A DNA stretch of 60,452 nucleotides from NCBI GenBank assembly GCA_018302105.1, contig JAGWAD010000038.1:1-60452 (forward strand). The letters are read 5' to 3'. The notes below the pieces were generated by a model. It worked only from the letters and a program-made list of their open reading frames with translations, was not told the origin of the DNA and made no database searches. Source of the DNA: Candidatus Woesearchaeota archaeon (GTDB lineage Archaea; Nanobdellota; Nanobdellia; SCGC-AAA011-G17; GW2011-AR18). Below, in pieces: positions 45,747 through 53,774 of the stretch. Within the stretch, counting starts at the first letter, position 1; the number at the start of each line of letters is the position of its first letter. The position numbers and the translations under genes were made by a program.

Positions 45747-46229
45747 ATGGAGAAAAAAACACTTTTAGATTTCATAGCAAAGGCACACAGGCATACTTAT
45801 GCCGCACCAAAAGAAGTCAGAAAACAACATAGGTGTGAGGTGCCCATTCAAGAAGGTCATAAAGATTATGAATTTGTAGAAGAAGATTTAAGATATCACG
45901 ATTCTTATGCAGGAAGCCAATGGGCACCCGGAAGAGAAGTTGTTTTCTTCCAAGAAAATCCTATTTGGTGCATGGCATATCAAGGACAACATAATCCAAA
46001 ATTCGATGACGCTTTTTTCCAAGAACAAGCATTTCCCTTTCTGAAAAAAGCTCTAATGAATTTTGATGATAGTGTGCCTTTTAGAGGACCTAAAGAATTC
46101 TCTGATGGAGATTTTAAATATACTTTTGAAATGGAAGGCGATTATGATTATTTCAAAGGACAAGAGAGAATTCTTTATAGAGGAGAAAGTGTTTTTTTCC
46201 AAGATGTGATGGGTTCATTAATAAAATAG
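45747..46229 (+). CDS. conserved hypothetical protein, DUF5680-like (tentative)
   Basis: 160 aa; ..AKAHRHTYAAPKE..YHDSYAGSQWAPGREVVFFQENPIWCMAYQG... Resembles DUF5680-type proteins known mainly from bacteria (from memory). Visibly GC-richer than the surrounding genes. Confidence 0.55.
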   Translation: MEKKTLLDFIAKAHRHTYAAPKEVRKQHRCEVPIQEGHKDYEFVEEDLRYHDSYAGSQWAPGREVVFFQENPIWCMAYQGQHNPKFDDAFFQEQAFPFLKKALMNFDDSVPFRGPKEFSDGDFKYTFEMEGDYDYFKGQERILYRGESVFFQDVMGSLIK

Positions 46230-46485
46230 GACGGCATCTCTTACGACTTCTTCGGAATTTTTTCAAAATTCCTCGACCATGTTGCACTCTCGCCTTCGGC
46301 TCGGGGCGTATAACAGGTATTATGTTCAATAAGCTCTCCGAGAAATAGATTAAAATAATAAAATAAGCATCTTCATTATTAAATTAAGAGGAGTAATTCA
46401 ACTCGTATTGAGAGCTTACTCTTCGTCGCTTCGCTCCTAGTCCTCATTTCATTCGGAGAACTTAACAAGGGAAGCCATCCCACAA

Positions 46486-46761
46486 TTATATCGAAGAAGT
46501 GAAGAAATTTCTCAAGAACACAAAAGAGACATAGCTCTCTCTATTAATCCTCTTATTTTCCCTTATCATTCGATGAATTTTTCCTAAATTATGTGCAATT
46601 GAAATTAAATTCATTTCAATTTTAACTTTCTCGAGACCTCGCAAGAGAAATTCTCTAAATCCGAGGTTCTGTTTTATGTGGCCATACACAGGTTCCACAG
46701 TAACTTTTCGTAAGGAATAAAAGCCATATTTTCCAGAGAAATAAGGCAAACAGAAAATCAA
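46486..46761 (-). pseudogene. C-terminal remnant of an IS1182/IS5-type transposase
   Basis: ..VTVEPVYGHIKQNLGFREFLLRGLEKVKIEMNLISIAHNLGKIHR.. matches the conserved extreme C-terminus of these transposases. There is no N-terminal catalytic part and only a pseudo TTG start. Confidence 0.7.
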
Positions 46762-46802
46762 AACCTAATAAAGATTATAAATAGCAAAATTTTCTTAAGT
46801 GG

Positions 46803-48683
46803 ATGCAATTATTATTTTCACATGAATCAATAAGAGAATCACAAAAAGAGTTAATAGATGAAATATTAAATACTATAAAAAATAAATCAAGTTTATTAGT
46901 ACATGCCCCAACTGGATTAGGCAAAACAAGTGCTGCAATCTGTCCAGCATTATCTTATGCTTTAGAAAATAAATTAACAGTAATTTTTGTAACTCCAAAA
47001 CATACGCAGCATAAAATAGCAATAGAAACAATAAGGACAATAAAAGAAAAATACAATTTAGATTTTGCAGCAATTGATTTGATAGGAAAAAGAAGCATGT
47101 GCGCCCAGCCAGGCGTTATTTCAATGTCACAAAATGAATTTACAGATTATTGCAAAGATATGATAGGTAACAAAGCCTGCCATTATTATAACAATATTAA
47201 AAATAAAGAAAAGTTAAGTTTACAGACAGAAGCTTTACTAAAAGAAATAAAAACAAAAGCCTTGCATGTTGAAGAATTAAAAGAATTATCATCAAAAAAT
47301 AAACTATGTCCATATGAAGTTTCAATTATTTTAGGAGCAGCTTCAAAAGTGATTGTTGCAGATTATCACCACATCTTAAACACTTCAATAAGAGAAAATT
47401 TGTTGACTAAAATAAATAAAGACTTATCAGAAGTAATAATCATATTTGATGAAGCCCATAGTATCCCAGAAAGATGCAGAGAATTATTAAGTTCACAAAT
47501 ATCAACATTAACAATTGATTTGGCAGCAAAAGAAGCAAGAAATTTAAAATATGAGGAAATTGGTTTCAATATACTAAAATTAAGAAATATTCTGGAAAAG
47601 TTAGTAAGTGAAAAAACAAGTTTTGAATCAAAAGAAGGACTTGTAAAAAAAGAAGAATTCATTAATTTAGTAAACAATGATTTAAATTATGAAGAATTAG
47701 TTAAAAATGTAGCATTTATAGCAGAAGAATCTGAAGATACAAAGAAACGTAGTTTTGCTAAATCTTTATATTCATTTTTGCTAAATTGGCAAGGCCCGGA
47801 TAATTCATTTACAAGAATAATTAAAAAAGGATTTACAGAAAAAGGACATGGAATAATAACTTTAAGTTACAAATGTTTAGACCCTTCATTAATAATAAAA
47901 CCCATAGTAGAAGATAGTTATTCAACAATTTTTATGTCAGGAACACTAAATCCAATTGAAATGTATAAAGATTTATTTAACACAAATTCAAAAGGAGTAG
48001 AATATAAAAATCCATTTCCAAAACAAAATAAATTAAATATTATAGTTCCAGACACTACTACAAAATTTACAGCAAGATCTCCTGAAATGTATAAGAAAAT
48101 AGCAGAGTATTGTGCCTCTATTTCAAATTCAGTCCCTGGAAATACAGCAATATTTTTTCCAAGTTATAAAATAAGAGATGAAATAAACAATTATTTCAAA
48201 ATACTATGTAATAAAACTACATTTTTAGAATCTTCTGGTTTATCGAAACAGGAAAGAACAGAATTAATAGAAAGATTCAAGCAATACGAAAAATCAGGAG
48301 CAGTTTTGCTTGCAGCATCAGCAGGTTCTTTTGGAGAAGGAGTAGACTTTCCTAAAAATATTTTAAAATGTGTCATTGTAGTTGGGATCCCATTAGACAA
48401 ACCAGATTTAGAAACACAGGAATTAATAAATTTTTATGATAAAAGATTCAAAAAAGGTTGGGATTATGGTTATGTTATGCCTGCATTGATAAAATGTTTT
48501 CAGAATGCTGGCCGTTGTATAAGATCAGAAAACGATAAAGGGGTAATTATTTATTTAGATCAAAGATATTTATGGGAAAGTTATTTTAAATGTTTTCCAA
48601 AAGATATTAATTTAAGAATTACAAAAGAGCCCTTGCCTAAAATAAAAGAATTTTTTGATGAGCATAATATCACTCAATCATGA
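46803..48683 (+). CDS. xpd: XPD/Rad3-type Fe-S DNA helicase
   Basis: Walker A VHAPTGLGKT, DEAH box IIFDEAHSI, four Fe-S cysteines (RSMCAQPG, DYCKD, NKACHYY, KLCPYE), and C-terminal helicase motifs (..GSFGEGVDFP.., ..QNAGRCIRS..). Confidence 0.9.
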   Translation: MQLLFSHESIRESQKELIDEILNTIKNKSSLLVHAPTGLGKTSAAICPALSYALENKLTVIFVTPKHTQHKIAIETIRTIKEKYNLDFAAIDLIGKRSMCAQPGVISMSQNEFTDYCKDMIGNKACHYYNNIKNKEKLSLQTEALLKEIKTKALHVEELKELSSKNKLCPYEVSIILGAASKVIVADYHHILNTSIRENLLTKINKDLSEVIIIFDEAHSIPERCRELLSSQISTLTIDLAAKEARNLKYEEIGFNILKLRNILEKLVSEKTSFESKEGLVKKEEFINLVNNDLNYEELVKNVAFIAEESEDTKKRSFAKSLYSFLLNWQGPDNSFTRIIKKGFTEKGHGIITLSYKCLDPSLIIKPIVEDSYSTIFMSGTLNPIEMYKDLFNTNSKGVEYKNPFPKQNKLNIIVPDTTTKFTARSPEMYKKIAEYCASISNSVPGNTAIFFPSYKIRDEINNYFKILCNKTTFLESSGLSKQERTELIERFKQYEKSGAVLLAASAGSFGEGVDFPKNILKCVIVVGIPLDKPDLETQELINFYDKRFKKGWDYGYVMPALIKCFQNAGRCIRSENDKGVIIYLDQRYLWESYFKCFPKDINLRITKEPLPKIKEFFDEHNITQS

Positions 48684-48919
48684 ATTATTTTATCAATTAA
48701 ATCACATATTGCCTGTTTAAATTTTTCTTCATCTTTTCTTGCATATGCTAATTCTACTTGAGTATATGATAAGCCCCAATATTGGCCATGTGCAGGAAAT
48801 TGTTCTCTTGGATGAATATATTCCTCCCAATTTCTAAATTTAGTAAAAAATTCATAAATATTATTGATTGGTAAATCTTTAATATTAAAATTAAACTTAG
48901 ATTTTCCAAATACTTCCAT
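48674..48919 (-). CDS. hypothetical protein, paralogue of 50541-51002 (possibly the 3' part of a frameshifted longer gene reaching 49046)
   Basis: C-terminus ..ELAYARKDEEKFKQAICDLIDKI.. parallels ..ESAYKRNDKDSFNNSLSDLINQI.. of the other ORF. The upstream frame is open to 48990s, and an out-of-frame ATG lies at 49046. Confidence 0.4.
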   Translation of the reverse strand: MEVFGKSKFNFNIKDLPINNIYEFFTKFRNWEEYIHPREQFPAHGQYWGLSYTQVELAYARKDEEKFKQAICDLIDKIIHD

Positions 48920-49089
48920 TTTTTCAGTAATATCATTCCCAGTAAAATCTAAAACTTTGATACATAAATTAATTAATTCTTTATCAGTTGCTCCTGTAAT
49001 TGCCTTACAAAATGGGTTTTATAAAATAATTCTGGTTCAATCATAAAAAAAGAATATTAAAAAAGAATAAAAAAACTATCTTCTTGCAG

Positions 49090-49113
49090 TTTTCCATAAA
49101 AACCAAAAATATT
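49090..49113. repeat. 24-bp direct repeat TTTTCCATAAAAACCAAAAATATT, copy 1 (copy 2 at 50422-50445)
   Basis: Exact match read from the sequence. The two copies flank the AbiE-like cassette. Confidence 0.9.
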
Positions 49114-49144
49114 CTAGAGAAATTGTTATATAAATTTACTAATT

Positions 49145-49735
49145 TCATAAATCTAAAAGTCTTCTAATTTTATTTCTAAACCTTTCAGGATATCTTTCAA
49201 GATATTTATTTAATTTTTTCTCATTAATTATTTTTTTTATCTTCATTAAGATTTTTCTGTCAAGCTTACTGTTAAAGATTATAAGATCAATAAATGTTTT
49301 CTCTACATCGGAATATGGCAAATAAAAATCTCCTTCTTTTACAAATTCAAATCCAAAAAAATATTTCTTATCAATATTTCTTATAAGTATATTTCTTCCA
49401 AGTACTTTTCTAATACCTCTTCTTACTTTTTTTGTTGTTAATATTATAGGTACCGTCTCTTGTTCCCATATACCAAAATGGCTTAAAGAACTTTGTAGCC
49501 CTAAATAAGCAGGTTTAAAAACAAAAACAGCCAGAGATATATCCTCATGAATTGTATAAACACCCTTTCCAATCTTTTTTATTTTTTCTTTATCCAATAA
49601 ATTATGGATTAATAATTTAGTATAACTGCTGTGTTTATTTTTACTTTTTATTATTCTTTTTATAGAATTAAACTCTACTACTGGACTTTTCCTAAATAAT
49701 TCTTCTATTTTTTTTAAATGTATTTGTTTTCCCAT
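49145..49735 (-). CDS. AbiEi-like (COG5340-type) wHTH antitoxin/transcriptional regulator
   Basis: N-terminal wHTH-like ..FNSIKRIIKSKNKHSSYTKLLIHNLLDKEKIKKIGKGVYTI... Paired with, and overlapping by 22 nt, an AbiEii-type NTase gene. Confidence 0.6.
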   Translation of the reverse strand: MGKQIHLKKIEELFRKSPVVEFNSIKRIIKSKNKHSSYTKLLIHNLLDKEKIKKIGKGVYTIHEDISLAVFVFKPAYLGLQSSLSHFGIWEQETVPIILTTKKVRRGIRKVLGRNILIRNIDKKYFFGFEFVKEGDFYLPYSDVEKTFIDLIIFNSKLDRKILMKIKKIINEKKLNKYLERYPERFRNKIRRLLDL

Positions 49736-50367
49736 TTTCTTTTAATATATTCTATCATTTCATTTGCTGTAGGTACAATGCCCTCAAGTAATATAATCTT
49801 CAAGTCTCCTTCATCAATTGGATCCTTATAATTTTTAATTAATTTTTCAATTTCCTTTATCTTTTGTGGGTTTTCTATATTTTTTAACAAAAAGAAAACA
49901 TCCCATAAATCCCTAACTTTAAATCTCTTAAGATATGTATTCAATTTCTCTACTAAAAAAATTTCTGGAGTTAAACTATAAATAACTGTTATAGTACCAT
50001 CAGACATTTCATAATCACAAATAATTCCTGCTACTTTCTGGAATGTTGCTTCTAATCTAACTGGTGTCCTGTCAAGCTCTAATTCTGAATAAACACTATT
50101 TTCTGATATTTTTTTCTTCTTGATTTTGAACCCTAATTTTTTTAAATTATCAAACAACAAATTTATTTTTTCATTTTCTTTAGACAGATAAAAATCTAGA
50201 TCTTCAGAAAACCTTTTTCCATGATAACATCGCCATATGCCTGTTCCACCGTGCAGGACAGCAGTATTAAAGACTGTATAAACCTCTTTTATTATCAAAT
50301 CCTGAGCATAGGCTATTTTTCTATGTGATTCTCTCTTCAATCTTACTTGTAAAGGTATTTTTTCCAT
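49714..50367 (-). CDS. AbiEii/AbiGii-family nucleotidyltransferase toxin
   Basis: ..AVLHGGTGIWRCYHGKRFSEDLDFYL.. matches the GGT.L...R.S.D(I/L)DF signature of AbiEii NTases; 217 aa. Confidence 0.78.
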   Translation of the reverse strand: MEKIPLQVRLKRESHRKIAYAQDLIIKEVYTVFNTAVLHGGTGIWRCYHGKRFSEDLDFYLSKENEKINLLFDNLKKLGFKIKKKKISENSVYSELELDRTPVRLEATFQKVAGIICDYEMSDGTITVIYSLTPEIFLVEKLNTYLKRFKVRDLWDVFFLLKNIENPQKIKEIEKLIKNYKDPIDEGDLKIILLEGIVPTANEMIEYIKRKWENKYI

Positions 50368-50421
50368 ATTATCTACATAAGTTATATATTTATATATCTT
50401 TCGTTAATATTAACTTTTAGA

Positions 50422-50445
50422 TTTTCCATAAAAACCAAAAATATT
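50422..50445. repeat. 24-bp direct repeat, copy 2
   Basis: Identical to 49090-49113. Confidence 0.9.
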
Positions 50446-50540
50446 TCCATATCTGCATAAGTTATACATTAGTATATCTTTCGCTAACATTATATTTAGT
50501 AGTTTTTCACATTTGAAATAAGTAATTATAAATAATCTAA

Positions 50541-51002
50541 TCAAAAATTTTTCACTAAATCTCTAAATTCTACAAATAAAATTTGGTTTATTAAATCAGA
50601 TAATGAATTATTAAATGAATCTTTGTCATTTCTTTTATAAGCACTTTCAATTCTAGAATAATTAGTATCATAAAAGAACCTGTAAATTACAAAAGATTTT
50701 CCAGAATGTAAATTTTCTTCTCCATGTCTGAATTTCTGGTAATTATTGTATAAATATTCCATGCTTTGATTAAAAACAAAATTATTTCTGGGATCCATTC
50801 CATATGGAATACTTCTAAATTTTTTTAAATTCTCCAAAATATAGAAATATAACATATTACTGCAATTATTTCTTATCCCAAAAATAGACTCAAAAAAATC
50901 ATTCGCATTATTAGAAGTAACTTTTTCTAGGAAATCCTCTAAATCTTCTGTAAACATAGATAATGAAAAAATAACAAACAATAAAAATCTTTTTAAACCC
51001 AA
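50541..51002 (-). CDS. hypothetical protein, paralogue of 48674-48919 (TTG start; alternative ATG at 50957)
   Basis: 153-aa ORF with C-terminal similarity to the 81-aa ORF; no family recognised. Confidence 0.5.
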   Translation of the reverse strand: MGLKRFLLFVIFSLSMFTEDLEDFLEKVTSNNANDFFESIFGIRNNCSNMLYFYILENLKKFRSIPYGMDPRNNFVFNQSMEYLYNNYQKFRHGEENLHSGKSFVIYRFFYDTNYSRIESAYKRNDKDSFNNSLSDLINQILFVEFRDLVKNF

Positions 51003-51020
51003 TATCTACCTCAATTACTA

Positions 51021-51899
51021 ATGTTAAAAGACAAAATCAATTCATTTTATTCAAAGAATTATAAAATATTAATGTTTATACCAATAATTATTACAATAAT
51101 AGCTTTAATTATAGTAGGAATTCATTACAAGAACACAGGAGATTTTTTCCAAAAAGATGTAAGTTTAAAAGGTGGAATTACAGCCACATTATATACAAAT
51201 CAGGAGATATCAGAAGAACAAGTTAAAAATGCATTAAATACAGAAATTGTTTTAAGAAAAATATCAAATTTAGGTTCTAGCAAAAATTCAGGAATAATAA
51301 TAGAAGTTTCTGATTTAACATCAGCTGAATTAAAACAAAGACTGGAAAATAACTTAAATATAAAATTAACATCAGAAAATTTTAGCATTGAAGAAACAGG
51401 TCCAAGATTAGGAGAAGCTTTTTACAGGCAATTAATAACAGCAGTTATATTTGCATTTATTTTAATGGGAATAACAGTTTTTATAACATTCAGAACACTT
51501 GCTCCAAGCCTTGCAGTAATTTCAGCAGCATTCATGGATATAATAATTACATTAGCAGTAGTAAATCTATTTAATATTAGTTTATCAACAGCAGGAATAG
51601 TTGGAATACTATCAGTAATTGGTTATAGTGTAGACACAGACATCCTATTAACAACATGGGCAATAAGAAAAAAAGAAGGAATGTTATTTGATAGAATGTA
51701 TCATTCAATGAAAACAGGATTGACAATGACAATATGTGCTGCTGTTGTAATGCTTATAGGAATTTTATTTTCAAATTCAGAAGTAATAAAAGAAATGTTT
51801 ACAATTATTTTTATAGCATTGATAGTAGATATATTTTCAACATACTTCACAAATACAGGAATATTATGGATATATTGTAAAAGGAAAAATATAACATGA
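51021..51899 (+). CDS. secF: protein-export membrane protein SecF
   Basis: N-terminal TM, periplasmic-type loop, and a C-terminal 5-TM block (..GYSVDTDILL..). Overlaps secD (ATGA). Confidence 0.88.
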   Translation: MLKDKINSFYSKNYKILMFIPIIITIIALIIVGIHYKNTGDFFQKDVSLKGGITATLYTNQEISEEQVKNALNTEIVLRKISNLGSSKNSGIIIEVSDLTSAELKQRLENNLNIKLTSENFSIEETGPRLGEAFYRQLITAVIFAFILMGITVFITFRTLAPSLAVISAAFMDIIITLAVVNLFNISLSTAGIVGILSVIGYSVDTDILLTTWAIRKKEGMLFDRMYHSMKTGLTMTICAAVVMLIGILFSNSEVIKEMFTIIFIALIVDIFSTYFTNTGILWIYCKRKNIT

Positions 51900-53455
51900 G
51901 TAGATTAAAAAAGATAATCAGACAGCCAAGAGTAATTATTCTAATAATAGCTTTAGTTATAGCTTTTCTATCAATAAATTATCAGTTTTCAGATCAGGGA
52001 TTAATAATAAATTCAGTTGAGACAAATAGCTCTGCATTCAATGCAGGAATAAGATCTCCTACCCAGGATATTAGTTTAACAAACAGGGAAAAAATAATTT
52101 CTGTAAATAATCAGGAAATAAAAGAACTAAAAGAATATAATGAAATAATCAATTCTATTTCTATAGACTCAAATATAAGATTAAAAACAGATAAGACAAG
52201 CTACGTGATAACAAAAGATTCTTCAGATGTCGGCTTAACGATTTCTAAAGCCCCATCATCTAATTTAAGAAAAGGAATTGATTTGCAGGGTGGAACAAGA
52301 GTAATTCTAGAACCTGCTGAAGAAATATCAGAAGAACAAATCAAAGACATTATGGCAACTATGGAGAAACGTCTTAATGTTTATGGATTATCAGATTTAG
52401 TTATAAAATCAGCATCAGATTTAGAAGGAAATAAATTCATAATTGTAGAATTAGCAGGAGTTTCAAAAGAAGAGCTTAGAGAAACAATAACAAAGCAGGG
52501 AAGTTTTGAAGCAAGAATTGGAAATAAAACAGCATTTACAGGAAAAGAAGTTAAATTTGTATGCAGGGCGGGAGGAAGTACTTGTTTAAATCAGATAAAT
52601 CCTGTATGCCCAAAACAAGATGATCAGTCAGTTTGCAGATTTGAATTTGAAATTCATTTAAATGAAGACGCAGCAGAAAGACATAAAAAAATAACAGATG
52701 AACTAAAGATAATAGTAAGTCCAGATGGCCAGAGGATGTTGGATCAAAAGATAGATTTCTATTTAGATGGCCAGTTAGTAGACAGTCTTAATATAGATGC
52801 TGATCTTAAGGGCATTTCTGCCTCAAGAATAACAATAACTGGTTCTGGTTCTGGCTCAAACCAGCAGGAAGCAGTAAAAGATGCATTAAAAAACAAAGAA
52901 GAATTACAGACTTTTTTAATTACAGGTTCACTGCCAACTAAATTAAATATAGTTAAAATAGACACATTATCTCCTTCATTAGGTGAAGTATTTGTAAAAA
53001 ATGCATTATTAATTGGATTAATTTCAATTTTTGCAGTAGCTTCTATTATAATAATTAGATATAAAAAATTAAAAATTTCTATTCCAATAATAATCACAAT
53101 GATAAGTGAAGTCCTATTAACTCTAGGTATTGCTTCAATATTTAAATATAATTTGGATTTAGCTGCTATAGCAGGAATAATTGCTGCAGTTGGTACAGGA
53201 GTTAATGATCAGATTGTTATTATAGATGAAGTTTTATTTGGAAATAAATCAGCAGCAAAACAAAGTATAAAAAATGCATTCTTCGTAATTTTGGCTGCCT
53301 TTGCTACAATTGTTGCAGCTATGCTTCCGTTACTTAGAGCAGGTGCAGGCTTATTAACAGGTTTCGCTATTACTACTATTATCGGTGTTACTGTTGGAGT
53401 ATTAATAACAAGACCCTTCTTTGGTGTAGTAATAAGAATTTTATTTGAAGACTAA
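51896..53455 (+). CDS. secD: protein-export membrane protein SecD
   Basis: N-terminal TM, a large external domain (..GIDLQGGTRVILE..), and a C-terminal TM block (..GTGVNDQIVIIDE..). Confidence 0.88.
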   Translation: MSRLKKIIRQPRVIILIIALVIAFLSINYQFSDQGLIINSVETNSSAFNAGIRSPTQDISLTNREKIISVNNQEIKELKEYNEIINSISIDSNIRLKTDKTSYVITKDSSDVGLTISKAPSSNLRKGIDLQGGTRVILEPAEEISEEQIKDIMATMEKRLNVYGLSDLVIKSASDLEGNKFIIVELAGVSKEELRETITKQGSFEARIGNKTAFTGKEVKFVCRAGGSTCLNQINPVCPKQDDQSVCRFEFEIHLNEDAAERHKKITDELKIIVSPDGQRMLDQKIDFYLDGQLVDSLNIDADLKGISASRITITGSGSGSNQQEAVKDALKNKEELQTFLITGSLPTKLNIVKIDTLSPSLGEVFVKNALLIGLISIFAVASIIIIRYKKLKISIPIIITMISEVLLTLGIASIFKYNLDLAAIAGIIAAVGTGVNDQIVIIDEVLFGNKSAAKQSIKNAFFVILAAFATIVAAMLPLLRAGAGLLTGFAITTIIGVTVGVLITRPFFGVVIRILFED

Positions 53456-53540
53456 TTTAAAAAATAGATCATTAAAACAAATAAAAGAAATTCCAAAAAT
53501 AATTAAATCTCTAAATAAATTATAAAAAGAGGTAACAAAT

Positions 53541-53693
53541 ATGGGAATAGAAACAGTAATTCTGGGTGTTGTTGTAGCTTTAATTTTAGCAATATTGTAT
53601 AGTTTAAGAAGAATTTATGTATTAGAATACAAAATAGTGGCTTTGGATATAAAAATAGAAAAATTATTAGAGCATATAAAAAAGAAAAAGTGA
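53541..53693 (+). CDS. possible 50-aa single-TM mini-protein (not in ORF track)
   Basis: AAAGAGGT sits 7 nt upstream of the ATG. MGIETVILGVVVALILAILYSLRRIYVLEYKIVALDIKIEKLLEHIKKKK*. Same strand as secD and rpl7ae. Confidence 0.4.
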   Translation: MGIETVILGVVVALILAILYSLRRIYVLEYKIVALDIKIEKLLEHIKKKK

Positions 53694-53774
53694 ATTTAAT
53701 CATTCCAATAGAGAAAACTATATAAATAGTTCTGTAACCCAAATCTTAACCAATGATATAACTTGGAGGTTAAA

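Larger units (their letters stand above)
41917..46246. mobile_element. putative composite mobile island (transposase + Zn-ribbon ORF + C5-MTase + REase candidate + DUF5680-like gene) delimited by a split inverted repeat
   Basis: TCGTAAGAGATGCC-9nt-GGCTTTGTTTAAT at 41917-41952. Exact reverse complements lie at 45702-45714 and 46233-46246. The unit sits between core genes nrdJ and XPD. Confidence 0.5.

Noticed and set aside
47366-48400. ORFs 47366-47677(-) and 48191-48400(-); also 46873-47073(-)
   Set aside because: They are antisense to the XPD helicase gene.
52759-53097. 112-aa ORF antisense to secD
   Set aside because: Shadow ORF within a well-supported SecD gene.
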